DNA of 64,000 nucleotides, from positions 32,001 to 96,000 of the forward strand of contig JBHLRS010000003.1 of the NCBI GenBank assembly GCA_048882325.1, read 5' to 3'. A model generated the notes under the pieces. That model was not told where the DNA came from. It saw nothing but the letters and a program-made list of their open reading frames with translations, and did not search any database. The translations under genes and the position numbers were made by a program. Source of the stretch: Candidatus Thorarchaeota archaeon (GTDB lineage Archaea; Asgardarchaeota; Thorarchaeia; Thorarchaeales; Thorarchaeaceae). Below are positions 9,192 to 19,005 of this stretch, one piece after another (positions within the stretch are counted from its first letter, which is position 1; every line of letters begins with the position of its first letter).

Positions 9192-10334
9192 TTATGACTT
9201 GAGTGATTTGACATCTCTGATTTTCTCAAGAATCTCGTTTGGTAGCTGTGGCATCCCTGCTGGTTTTGTCATAAGATGGACCGGAGTTGGTGCAGCAAAA
9301 GCCCTCACCATGTAATAGACCTGTCCTAAATTCTGTTCAGCCACTATAATGTGGTCCACCTCAGAGGCAAGTTGGGCTACCTGTTCTTCTGGGAATGGCC
9401 AGACCGTCTTGAGCCTGAGCATTCCTACCTTAATGCCTTCCTCCCGTGCATCCCTGATTGCCCTCTTCGCACTTCTTGAGGGGGTGCCGTACGAAATGAC
9501 TGCAATCTTCGCATCGTCAAGCATGAATCGCTCAAGATCTATGATCTTATCCGCGTTCTTCACAATTTTGTCATTCAGTCGTGTGATTAGCTCGATTTGG
9601 ACATGTTCCTTGTCACTAGGATATCCGCGCTCGTCATGAGTAAGGCCTGTTGCATAGAACTGATACTTGGAACCAAAGAGTGCCATAGGAGGTACAAGAT
9701 CATCATCAGCTTTGAAGGGGAGATACTCAGATGGATCAACGGTTGGTGTTTTGCGATTCACGAGTTTCAGGTCTTTCTCATCGGGAATCACTAAACGTTC
9801 CCTCATATGACCCACAGTTTCATCAGCTAAAACAAAGACAGGAGTTCTGAACTGTTCAGACAGATTGAAAGCTTGAACGGTCTGGTCAAACATCTCTTGA
9901 ACTGAAGCTGGAGTCAATGCTATTATCTGATAGTCTCCGTGACTTCCCCACTTTGCTTGCATTACATCTCCTTGTTGACCCTTTGTAGGTTGGCCAGTAC
10001 TAGGCCCACCTCGCATGATATTAACCAGAACAAGTGGGGTTTCTGTCATCACAGCTAACCCAATCGCCTCGAGCATCAGACTGACACCTGGTCCGGATGT
10101 TGCTGTCATTGATTTCACACCGGTCCAAGACGCGCCGATAACGCTAGTGATTGATGCTATCTCATCTTCATACTGGACATAAGCTCCTCCAAGCTCAGGC
10201 ATTCTTTGTGCCATCCACTCCGCAATCTCTGTTGCTGGTGTAATCGGATATCCTCCGAAATATCGGCATCCTGCGCTCAGAGCACCTTCTGCGCTGGCAA
10301 TATCACCCATTGTGAACATGATACGTTTAGGCAT
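9192..10334 (-). CDS. korA: 2-oxoacid:ferredoxin oxidoreductase alpha subunit
   Basis: GYPITPATE, EDEIAS, TATSGPG, RGGPSTG. Confidence 0.94.
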   Translation of the reverse strand: MPKRIMFTMGDIASAEGALSAGCRYFGGYPITPATEIAEWMAQRMPELGGAYVQYEDEIASITSVIGASWTGVKSMTATSGPGVSLMLEAIGLAVMTETPLVLVNIMRGGPSTGQPTKGQQGDVMQAKWGSHGDYQIIALTPASVQEMFDQTVQAFNLSEQFRTPVFVLADETVGHMRERLVIPDEKDLKLVNRKTPTVDPSEYLPFKADDDLVPPMALFGSKYQFYATGLTHDERGYPSDKEHVQIELITRLNDKIVKNADKIIDLERFMLDDAKIAVISYGTPSRSAKRAIRDAREEGIKVGMLRLKTVWPFPEEQVAQLASEVDHIIVAEQNLGQVYYMVRAFAAPTPVHLMTKPAGMPQLPNEILEKIRDVKSLKS

Positions 10335-10682
10335 CTAATGCTCCTCCTCGTCGGGCATATCTCTCTCAAATTCAGGAATGCTAGTACCATTTTCAAGCGC
10401 ACCTGCCTTGTAGGCTTTCTCAGCCTCCTTTCGATCAGCAAGAAAGATAGCCATATCTGGACATATTCTCTCGCAAAACTCACAGTTTACACAGGCGTCT
10501 ATATCACACGCTGTCACCGGGTGGTAGCCTTTCCTATTGTAAATATCAGTGAGACACAACACATTCTTTGGACAGAACTCTATGCAGAGCATGCACTGTT
10601 TACACTGCTCTCGGAGGATGACAAGCACCTTCTCTCTTGTCCTCGGGGGTTTCGGTGTTATCGGTTTTCGAACCACTGACAT
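10335..10682 (-). CDS. korD: 2-oxoacid:ferredoxin oxidoreductase delta (2x[4Fe-4S]) subunit
   Basis: CKQCMLCIEFCP and CVNCEFCERICPDMAI; directly upstream of korA. Confidence 0.9.
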   Translation of the reverse strand: MSVVRKPITPKPPRTREKVLVILREQCKQCMLCIEFCPKNVLCLTDIYNRKGYHPVTACDIDACVNCEFCERICPDMAIFLADRKEAEKAYKAGALENGTSIPEFERDMPDEEEH

Positions 10683-10882
10683 CGATGTCTTTTCTCCTTG
10701 AACCCTCTAACAAGAGTCCACTATGTGCTCACCGTGACAGATACCTGTTCAGGCGTGACCTTTGGCGCACGCTCAAGCTATTTTAGCCTTACCTTGGGGG
10801 ACCTAGCTTTTGAGAGCACAATCAGCAGATTTTAAGAGTCCAACATCATTATCTTGGCTTCAGAAAACTGGAGTCGTAGGTC

Positions 10883-11353
10883 TTGACTAAGGAGAATCCA
10901 ACCGATGAAGAGTTGGCAGAACTTGTCAAAGGCAAGACTCTAAGTGTCTACTGGTATATGCTTCGGCATCCAGAACCATTGACAGCACGTGAAATACAAC
11001 GTGGTGCTGAACTTTCAAGCCCCTCTCTTTCTATGCATCATCTTGAACGTCTAAGGCAATTTGGTCTTGTTGACAAGGATGTCCACGGCCAATACACAGT
11101 CACACGCGATGTGAGAATGGGTATCCTGAATCAGTTCATGGGACGAGGTCGAATAATGGTTCCCCGTTTCCTCTTCTATGCCACATTCTATACATCTCTC
11201 ACAGCAGCTCTTGGGTCTCTGTTGTTTTGGCTAACTACTGATTGGTACTCGATGGTTCTAATGGCTCTGCTAGTATCAGCTTGCATCGTATTATGGTATG
11301 AAGCACTCAAGGTCTGGAGAGAACAACCTTTTCCTGAGGGTGAACGAGAGTGA
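10883..11353 (+). CDS. Winged-helix regulator with two C-terminal TM helices
   Basis: AREIQRGAELSSPSLSMHHLERL wHTH followed by two hydrophobic segments. Confidence 0.8.
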   Translation: MTKENPTDEELAELVKGKTLSVYWYMLRHPEPLTAREIQRGAELSSPSLSMHHLERLRQFGLVDKDVHGQYTVTRDVRMGILNQFMGRGRIMVPRFLFYATFYTSLTAALGSLLFWLTTDWYSMVLMALLVSACIVLWYEALKVWREQPFPEGERE

Positions 11354-12285
11354 AGTCTAAAATGAGATCATCAAATAAACCTGAAAGAATCCGAATGACT
11401 AGAACAGGAGTAGCCATGCTTCTGATATTGGTGTTATCCGCTACTCTTCCCTTAACGAGTATCACCTCAGACAATTCTGTTCGTGTGCAATCTTCAATAA
11501 CTCACTATGTCCTCTCCGCAGGATCGCCTGAACTTAATCTAAGTTACACAACTCGTACTAAATTATTCGATACACCTGTGAAATCTGGCGATAGGATAGG
11601 TGGAGATCATATTGTACTAAAGGCTGAATGGACTCCTTCGCTTGTTAACAGGACTAGGTTGGAAATATATGCTCCTGCTATTCCTGCGACCTTGGCGGTT
11701 GAAGAAAATGAAGACACGCTGGAGATTGATACTCGTGCTCTTGGGAACAATGCAACCTGTGTCATCACATCAACAGCATGGCTCACAAATGGGTCGATAG
11801 CGACCATCGAGTTCACTGATGTCTACATAGGCAATTACTTCATGCCCCATGTTAGAGTCCTTGAGCCAAATGGTGGTGAGAATTGGACAGGCACTCACAA
11901 TATCACCTGGACCGCATTTGATTCGAATGCAGATGACACTTTTCTCTTTGATGTAGCGTTCTCATCAAATGGAGGTCAGACATTTGAATCCTTGATTATT
12001 TCCACCAATCTTACATGGTTTGAGTGGGACTGCACTGGTTTAAACCCGACAAGTATGTATCTAGTCCAAGTGCGGGTCACTGATGGAATCTACTATTCCA
12101 TTGACCTGTCAGATGATACCTTCACAGCAGGAGGAGGAGCCGGTACAACTTCATCATCAACAACTACGCCAACAACACCAATCCCAGGACCAGATTTTAG
12201 AATCATTGCATTCGTCGCGATTCTCCTTTTCTCAAGTAGTGTAATGGCTCTTGTTGTTTATTATGCTGCCAGAAAGTGGTTCTAA
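11350..12285 (+). CDS. Cell-surface protein: signal peptide, Ig-like domain(s), Ser/Thr linker, C-terminal TM anchor
   Basis: PNGGENW...NITW motif, TTSSSTTTPTT linker, TM followed by ARKWF. Confidence 0.75.
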   Translation: MKSKMRSSNKPERIRMTRTGVAMLLILVLSATLPLTSITSDNSVRVQSSITHYVLSAGSPELNLSYTTRTKLFDTPVKSGDRIGGDHIVLKAEWTPSLVNRTRLEIYAPAIPATLAVEENEDTLEIDTRALGNNATCVITSTAWLTNGSIATIEFTDVYIGNYFMPHVRVLEPNGGENWTGTHNITWTAFDSNADDTFLFDVAFSSNGGQTFESLIISTNLTWFEWDCTGLNPTSMYLVQVRVTDGIYYSIDLSDDTFTAGGGAGTTSSSTTTPTTPIPGPDFRIIAFVAILLFSSSVMALVVYYAARKWF

Positions 12286-13178
12286 CTCAGTATCTTGTCT
12301 AGCAGAGGTTGTGTGCTGATAATATGTTTATCAAGGCCCAACTGAGATGAATCCAGCTCCATTGCTAAACCAAGTAGTTGTGTGTAATAGAGGACTGGTA
12401 TCTGATACTTCTTCTCTCCAAGTTCCTTGTTCAACTGGTCCTGTGAAGTTTCGTATTGTAAATGACAGAATGAACAGACGTTTACTATACAGTCTACATC
12501 AGCGTCAAGTAGATTGTCGAGTTTCTCTTTAGCAATATCAACACTCAAAATGACTTGTGAGCCCCGAACTCCACCGCCTGCTCCACAACATAAGTCCTTG
12601 TCCTTGTACTTTGTACTCTCTGCTCCGGTCGCCTCAACGAGTTCATCGAGAAATGTATGTCTCTGTGTCTTCTCCCAAGGTCGGTTTTTGCTTGGCCTCA
12701 GAAGATGACATCCATAATGGACTCCTACTTTGATTCCATTAAGTGGTCGAGTGACCTTTTCTTTGATGACGTCAGGTCCCATCTCTGCTATAACCTCAAT
12801 AACATGTTTAGCCTCTACCTTGCCAGCATATTTGAGTCCCATTCCTTTGAAGACTTTCTGAACCTCCTTCAAGCGATTTGGGTGTTCACGAACTTCAGTA
12901 AGTGCTTCTTTGAAAGTACTATAACAGCCATTGCATCCAGTGATGATGTCGTGTCCAGTCATCTCCGCCAGTGCGAGGTTCCTTGATGCGAGTGCCAGCC
13001 ATGTGGGTTCATCAAAGGACCGGATGACTCCCGGTGCAGGACAACAACTTGCTCCTTCAAGGTCCTCTAGCAGAATCCCCAATTTCGGGAGTACTAATCG
13101 TATACTCGCCTCCAAATTCGGGAAGCGATTGGGCATAACGCAACCGAGAAAGAATGAATAGGTCTGGGCTTCAGTCAA
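12282..13178 (-). CDS. hdrB: Heterodisulfide reductase subunit B (copy 1)
   Basis: FLGC, CCPAPG, CNGC, HYGCH, CCGAGGG, CSFC (two CCG domains). Confidence 0.93.
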   Translation of the reverse strand: MTEAQTYSFFLGCVMPNRFPNLEASIRLVLPKLGILLEDLEGASCCPAPGVIRSFDEPTWLALASRNLALAEMTGHDIITGCNGCYSTFKEALTEVREHPNRLKEVQKVFKGMGLKYAGKVEAKHVIEVIAEMGPDVIKEKVTRPLNGIKVGVHYGCHLLRPSKNRPWEKTQRHTFLDELVEATGAESTKYKDKDLCCGAGGGVRGSQVILSVDIAKEKLDNLLDADVDCIVNVCSFCHLQYETSQDQLNKELGEKKYQIPVLYYTQLLGLAMELDSSQLGLDKHIISTQPLLDKILS

Positions 13179-13179
13179 C

Positions 13180-13728
13180 TCAGCTGCCCTCCGTCTTCTG
13201 GCTCTTAATGAGCTCTCTGAATCCCGTCCTCTTTATTATCTCCTGCACTTGTTTGAGAGCCTTTTTGTTTGAGTGAGTTGTAGGAGGCAACTCCTGAAGT
13301 CCCAGGTCCTTTCGTATCTCTCTGTTTGCCTCATCGATCGGAACAGCATGACCAGTAGAGATTAGCTTCAGAGAGGCTTTCTTATGTTCAGGTAGCATGA
13401 ATCCATGGTCTACAGCCATATTTCTCATAATGATTATTGCATCAGTGATCTTGATCTGTCTTGGACATCTCTCTAGACATGTATAACAAGTTGAACATAG
13501 CCAAAGGTCCGAGCTGGATAACACTTCATCTTTGAGACCCAACAATGCTTTTCTGATGAGTTCACGAGTTCTGAATGCTGTCCTTCGTCCACTAGGACAG
13601 ACACTCGAACAGGTGCCGCACTGGATACAGCTTCGAATCCTGTCAGCTCCAGCTTTTACAATCTTGTCAACGAATTCATTATCTATGTCCTCGTTGTCAA
13701 TGATGTCCCAGGAGTCGCTATTTGTCAT
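13180..13728 (-). CDS. hdrC: Heterodisulfide reductase subunit C (copy 1)
   Basis: CIQCGTCSSVCP, WLCSTCYTCLERCP, TGHAVP. Confidence 0.93.
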   Translation of the reverse strand: MTNSDSWDIIDNEDIDNEFVDKIVKAGADRIRSCIQCGTCSSVCPSGRRTAFRTRELIRKALLGLKDEVLSSSDLWLCSTCYTCLERCPRQIKITDAIIIMRNMAVDHGFMLPEHKKASLKLISTGHAVPIDEANREIRKDLGLQELPPTTHSNKKALKQVQEIIKRTGFRELIKSQKTEGS

Positions 13729-13811
13729 TATTGGACCTCTGTCTTCGATGTGTCGGTCGCACTACATGCGGAATATAAGAATTGAGTTATTGTGGCTTTG
13801 CATGTAGACAT

Positions 13812-14888
13812 CTAATCGAAGTTGTAATTATCCCGTCCTAATAGACCTAAGTTTCCAATCCTGACATTAGTCAAGCCTTCATCACTTGCGACAGTCAGTG
13901 CGGCTTGAGCATGTTCCGTACTAGTTCTTGGGAGGTCACTCATAGCATGATGCGGGTAAAAACCTAGTAGGGCTGTTGGAATGGTTGGGTCATTCTCTGC
14001 AATGAAAGCGCAGATCTTCCTGACTTCTTTGATATCCACATAGCCCGGTACAAGAAGGACACTGGCGACCAGAAACTCCTCCTCACGTTCTCTCTTTGCA
14101 ACTGATAGCTCTTTGAAGTTTCGTAGCATGACTGTATTTGCTATTCCCGTCAGAGCTCGATAAAGCTCTGGTGACACTGCTTTGATATCAAACTTGATTG
14201 TGCCTCTAGTATCACTAACAACAGTCGCGATTTTGTCAAGCCATTTCTTTGAGATGTTGCCATTAGTTTCGTAACAGACTCTCACACTTTTTTCTTCATT
14301 CAGCATCTTTGATGTTTCCAATGAATGTTCAGGATTGCATGCTGGATCCCCTCCAAAGTAGCATACACATGCTGTATAGTCATCTGCTGCATTTGCTAAC
14401 TCTCGTGGAGTTAGAAGAGGTCTGCCTTTGGCCATCATCGTTCGATAGCTCGTATTCTGGCAAAACAAACAATCCGAGTTGCAGGAACCATAGAAGACAG
14501 CTAAATTCTTCAGTCGTTTCTTTCCTATTCCTAACTCTTGTTCTGAAGTCACTGGACAAACCCAATCCGCGACACAATTTGTGGGAAGGGGATCAAAGTA
14601 CCAAGAAGCAACTGCTTTGCTTCCATACCTATCAGCAATTTTCCCCTCCCTGACAATCCTAATGCCACAAAACCCGACATCTCCTTCATCCATTCTGCAA
14701 TGGTTACCGCATTCACCACAAGTCACTACACCATGAGTCGGAACAGAGGGTACGAGTCGATCACGATTTCTAAGTTGTTCGTGTATGTGTTGTGCCAATG
14801 ATTGTTCACCGTTTTTGATACAGTCTGAACAAGCACCAATTGATTGAGAGATGACTCTCTCTACATCATCATGATTCGGACATAACAT
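13812..14888 (-). CDS. Radical SAM enzyme, PflA/AmmeMemoRadiSam-like
   Basis: CNSDCLFC, FGGDP, ETNG, KFDIKA; extra N-terminal Cys motifs. Confidence 0.85.
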   Translation of the reverse strand: MLCPNHDDVERVISQSIGACSDCIKNGEQSLAQHIHEQLRNRDRLVPSVPTHGVVTCGECGNHCRMDEGDVGFCGIRIVREGKIADRYGSKAVASWYFDPLPTNCVADWVCPVTSEQELGIGKKRLKNLAVFYGSCNSDCLFCQNTSYRTMMAKGRPLLTPRELANAADDYTACVCYFGGDPACNPEHSLETSKMLNEEKSVRVCYETNGNISKKWLDKIATVVSDTRGTIKFDIKAVSPELYRALTGIANTVMLRNFKELSVAKREREEEFLVASVLLVPGYVDIKEVRKICAFIAENDPTIPTALLGFYPHHAMSDLPRTSTEHAQAALTVASDEGLTNVRIGNLGLLGRDNYNFD

Positions 14889-14985
14889 TGTTAATTATCA
14901 ATACTTTTGTGTGAATGAACTTTACGACCTTTCGGTAACGTATTTTAGCATGAATTCTAACATCCCACTATAGCTGGTGTCAATC

Positions 14986-15540
14986 TTGACTAGTACCGAG
15001 GAAAAATCCGCGATTGTCATCGATACGCCAGATGACTCATTCATCCAATTGATCAAGAAGACAGGTGGTCCCAACATTCAGAACTGCTACCAGTGTGGTA
15101 CTTGTAGTGGGAGTTGTCCTGCTGGGGCTCGAACCAATTATCTTGTCCGTGGAATCATCCGTAAAGCCCTTCTCGGATTAAAGGAACAGTGTATCTCATC
15201 ACCAGAACTCTGGTACTGCACTACATGCTATACGTGCACAGATAGATGCCCACAGGATGTGAGGCCAACGGATGTTATCAAAGCCATTAGGAATATTGCT
15301 GTCGCTGAAGGCTATATGCTCACACCTCATCAAAAGACAGCCTTGAAAGTCTTGGAGGCTGGACATGCAGTTCCACTTGACAAAGAGATGTGGGAAACCC
15401 TTAGAGAAAAAGTGGGATTAGAGCGAGTTCCTCCTAATGCTAGTCGATATCCTGAAGCAATCGAAGAAATAATGAAGATTGCCAAGAAGACTGGTTTCGA
15501 CAAGCTGGTAGAAGAGAAGGAGGAAACGAAGGAGGAATAA
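14986..15540 (+). CDS. hdrC: Heterodisulfide reductase subunit C (copy 2)
   Basis: CYQCGTCSGSCP, WYCTTCYTCTDRCP, GHAVP; start 14977 or 14986. Confidence 0.93.
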   Translation: MTSTEEKSAIVIDTPDDSFIQLIKKTGGPNIQNCYQCGTCSGSCPAGARTNYLVRGIIRKALLGLKEQCISSPELWYCTTCYTCTDRCPQDVRPTDVIKAIRNIAVAEGYMLTPHQKTALKVLEAGHAVPLDKEMWETLREKVGLERVPPNASRYPEAIEEIMKIAKKTGFDKLVEEKEETKEE

Positions 15541-15542
15541 TC

Positions 15543-16463
15543 ATGGCAAAACAGTCATTCTATCATTTCTTGGGCTGCATTATCCCACACAGATATCCAA
15601 GTATCGAGTCTGCTGCAAAACTAATTTTCAAGGACTTGGATGTGGGTCTCCTTGACATGGAGGGGGCAACATGTTGTCCAGCTCCTGGTGTGTTTGGTTC
15701 GTTTGACCGAGTTACCTGGGCAACGATTGCAGCACGAAATTTGACCATTGCTGAGGCGGGAGGACACCCCATAACAACAGGATGCAACGGATGCTTTGCA
15801 AGTCTCTGGGATGCAAATCATGAGTTGAAACATGATGACGAGCTCAGAGACCAGGTGAATGAGAACCTGGCTGAGATTGATCGAGAGTTTAAGGGTACCA
15901 TCGAGGTCTGGCACTATGTTGATGCGCTCTATTCTAAAATTGGTCTAGAGAAAATTAGGAAGCAGGTGACTCGTCCATTCACTGATGTTCGAATGGCTCT
16001 GCATCCAGGATGTCACTGGATGCGACCGAAGTTAATCAAGAAGAAAGATGACTCAGAACGGCCTCACATCTTTCGAGACCTATGTGAAACCTCTGGCGCT
16101 GAGTATATTCCCTACAAGGATGAACTAATCTGTTGCGGAGCTGGAGGTGCAGTTAGAACCGCAGATGTCGAAATTGCTTTAGACTTCACCAAACAGAAGT
16201 TTGATAGTCTCATGGAGGTGGGTGGAGCAGACATTGTTGTCACACCCTGTCCTTTCTGTGAACTCCAGCTTGACATGGGGCAAGTAGAGATTCAGAAATA
16301 CTTTGATGCAGAGTACCATTTTGATATCCTACATGTGGTAGAGCTGCTTGCATTAGCTTTCGGTCACGAACCTGACGAATTTGGTCTTACCACTCATCTA
16401 CAATATATGCAGCGTAAGAACCAACCCAATTGGGAACGACTTGGTATTGAGGTTAAGACGTAG
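15543..16463 (+). CDS. hdrB: Heterodisulfide reductase subunit B (copy 2)
   Basis: FLGC, CCPAPG, CNGC, HPGCH, CCGAGG, CPFC. Confidence 0.93.
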   Translation: MAKQSFYHFLGCIIPHRYPSIESAAKLIFKDLDVGLLDMEGATCCPAPGVFGSFDRVTWATIAARNLTIAEAGGHPITTGCNGCFASLWDANHELKHDDELRDQVNENLAEIDREFKGTIEVWHYVDALYSKIGLEKIRKQVTRPFTDVRMALHPGCHWMRPKLIKKKDDSERPHIFRDLCETSGAEYIPYKDELICCGAGGAVRTADVEIALDFTKQKFDSLMEVGGADIVVTPCPFCELQLDMGQVEIQKYFDAEYHFDILHVVELLALAFGHEPDEFGLTTHLQYMQRKNQPNWERLGIEVKT

Positions 16464-17484
16464 GTGTCACATCACTTTCTTCCATGATATGGACCATATT
16501 TTCCCTACCCTCTCTGAATCGTCTAATCAGCTTCCTCTCTTCCAGAGCTGTCAGTATTGTACTGGCAAGAGATTGCGACATGTCAAGTTCTTCATAGATC
16601 TCCCGTTGTGGACAAGATCCGCCTTTCTTTGTAAGAAAGTTGAGGACCTGTTCCTCTTGTTTCGAGAGTCTGACTGGTGTGATGATCTTTCTGGTTTGAA
16701 GTCTTTGTAGAATCAGAGGGATTCTCTCTACGACGACTGCAACAACTGCACCGATGATAAGGAATACTGCTCCGAAGAGTATTGCGTTGATTGGTGATGG
16801 TTGAGGTTCTACAATCGCTGCTGGTAGCTGATATTTGACAATATAGGCCACCTCCTGACCCGGGAGCAGTGAGGCTCTATACCAGACATAGATTGGTCGA
16901 AATCCATCGGTGAAGTTCAATGTTGGATTAGGAAACAAAGGAGCAGCTGCATCTGTTTGAAGGATAGCATGAGTTGGAAGGATTGCTGTAAATGTTAGGT
17001 TTTGGATTTGGTAGAGAGGTCTGATGTAGTATATCAGATGATTCACATACATAGTTTCATCATCATTAAGCCCTATTTGCTCTTGAAGACAATCTGTGCT
17101 GATATTGAGATTCATGTGGATTGTTGAATTCACAGGTATTGGAAATGATGATGTTATTCGAATGAGGTTGTAATTACTCTCGGGGATAATTCTGGTCGAA
17201 GCAGTTGATCCGTTTAGCCTAGCACTTGAAACATTAAGACTTCTGACATCTACTCTTAGATCAAAATAATCTAGTACCGCTGAACCAACATTAGTGACAT
17301 CCGAATCTATGTAAAGTGATGCTGCGCATTCGTTTTCCATTATCGCAGTCACAGTCATGTTTGACATAATAAGGTCCAGCGAGGCCGCTTGAGCACTAAC
17401 CTGTGTGATTCCTACAGACACCAATATTGGCATTAGGAACACAACAATAAGGAACGCGTGCTTTCTCTCGACCATTGAAACCAA
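16453..17484 (-). CDS. Membrane-anchored regulator: signal peptide, external beta domain, TM, C-terminal wHTH (COG2512-like)
   Basis: C-terminal LSKQEEQVL..GG..PQREI.EEL.MSQS..S..L..LEER..REGREN. Confidence 0.8.
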   Translation of the reverse strand: MVSMVERKHAFLIVVFLMPILVSVGITQVSAQAASLDLIMSNMTVTAIMENECAASLYIDSDVTNVGSAVLDYFDLRVDVRSLNVSSARLNGSTASTRIIPESNYNLIRITSSFPIPVNSTIHMNLNISTDCLQEQIGLNDDETMYVNHLIYYIRPLYQIQNLTFTAILPTHAILQTDAAAPLFPNPTLNFTDGFRPIYVWYRASLLPGQEVAYIVKYQLPAAIVEPQPSPINAILFGAVFLIIGAVVAVVVERIPLILQRLQTRKIITPVRLSKQEEQVLNFLTKKGGSCPQREIYEELDMSQSLASTILTALEERKLIRRFREGRENMVHIMEESDVTPTS

Positions 17485-17541
17485 TTCCTCGTTATAATTC
17501 AGTCTCTATGAATACTTCGGTTTCCAATATAGAGAAATGGT

Positions 17542-17561
17542 GGAGGGAGACTTCTCCCTCC
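17542..17561 (-). terminator. GC-rich hairpin just after the stop of 17566-18816
   Basis: GGAGGGAG-4nt-CTCCCTCC stem followed by CCATTTCTC on the minus strand. Confidence 0.6.
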
Positions 17562-17565
17562 GGTG

Positions 17566-18816
17566 TTATGGGCGACGCTTTAGTGTCAGTCCAGCAGCTG
17601 CAAGAATGACGACTGAGGACCCAATTGCAACTACTACGACTGGGATATCTAGTGGCGTGTCCGGAACATATGGTGAGGCGCTTTCAATTAGGCGTACAGA
17701 AGGATCATGGGTTAGTGATCCACCATCGAAGTTTGGATATGACAGAAACAAGAGCAGGCCCTCTCCATCTGTCCAATATGAAGCATGAACATCAACCGCT
17801 TCTTTTGCACCCTCTAGATTATTCACAATAGCTTTGTCAACCCACCGATAGAATCCTTGTGTTTCGTCGGATGCATCATCGACAAAGGATATCTCTTGGA
17901 CATCATCATCAAGAACATCCTCGAACTCGACTCCGAGATCTTCCATCGCATCTTCAGACTCATGATCATCATCACCTGACTCTTCATGAAGTTTGAAATA
18001 GTGATTCACATCTTCATCTGATGCAACGTCTTCTCTAAGATAGTTCAGGATTGCTACCTTGGATGTTTCAGATATGAACGGAAAATTGCCAATCTCAATG
18101 TCTACTTTGAGTTCAGCACCTCCTGCAACAGTGTATTCTGCTTGGACACCTACATCGTCGGTCACAGTACCGTTGTAATCATTGGAGTAGATGTGCGCAT
18201 AGAATTGCAGGGTTAGTTCTGCGAAATGATCAAAGGTATGATTATCAGAACCGCCAGAGGCAAGAATCAGTGGAGAATCTTCCTCTTCCCATCCAGGCAT
18301 CCAGTCTTTGAACCAATCATCTTCCCAATCTTCACTAAGACCACCCTTAGTGTAGGATGCATAGACCTCCTCGGTGTTGCCATCTATATCAGTGATAGCA
18401 CCTGTCTTTAGTATCCACTCAAACGCGTCAAGCGGAGCAAAAGCCAAGGTTTCGGAAGGCTGGTAAACACCATCCTCATTGTTATCTTCGAACTCGACAA
18501 TCATCATAAAGTTGATCATGAATCTAGCAAGACTTCCGTTTTCATCAGGAGAGAACCAGTATTGATAGGATGGCAATTCGGGATCCAGCAATACTGTGAC
18601 TATGTCAGTTTCAATCCATCCCGCGCCATTAGCGTCTCTATGTTCGTCTATCTCATGGGAGTCATCATCTGCATCATGAGGAGACTCGGTCTCAGTCTCT
18701 GTAGGCGTGCTATCATCATTAGCTGGTGTAGATGCATTCACTGTTGTAATCGATGAAAGAATCAAGAAAAACATTGCAAAGAGCAGAGCTTTTCCAAACA
18801 AAGCTTTCTTCTTCAA
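17566..18816 (-). CDS. Highly acidic cell-surface protein with C-terminal TM anchor
   Basis: Signal peptide, D/E/H-rich segments, EFEDNNEDG, YPNF...HDP, TM followed by KRRP. Confidence 0.8.
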   Translation of the reverse strand: MKKKALFGKALLFAMFFLILSSITTVNASTPANDDSTPTETETESPHDADDDSHEIDEHRDANGAGWIETDIVTVLLDPELPSYQYWFSPDENGSLARFMINFMMIVEFEDNNEDGVYQPSETLAFAPLDAFEWILKTGAITDIDGNTEEVYASYTKGGLSEDWEDDWFKDWMPGWEEEDSPLILASGGSDNHTFDHFAELTLQFYAHIYSNDYNGTVTDDVGVQAEYTVAGGAELKVDIEIGNFPFISETSKVAILNYLREDVASDEDVNHYFKLHEESGDDDHESEDAMEDLGVEFEDVLDDDVQEISFVDDASDETQGFYRWVDKAIVNNLEGAKEAVDVHASYWTDGEGLLLFLSYPNFDGGSLTHDPSVRLIESASPYVPDTPLDIPVVVVAIGSSVVILAAAGLTLKRRP

Positions 18817-19005
18817 CTAATAGTTCACCAAATTATCATATTCTATTTCTATTTATAATCACCATTGAGCAACCTGCAGACCTCTGGATTGAATAAGCAG
18901 TCATAACGCTGTTTTTGGATGATTAGGCTTTATGACACTTCAAAACACTTCACTACAATTATTGACACTCATTCAAAGTCGGAGGAAACCAAGAAGATAG
19001 GAAGA

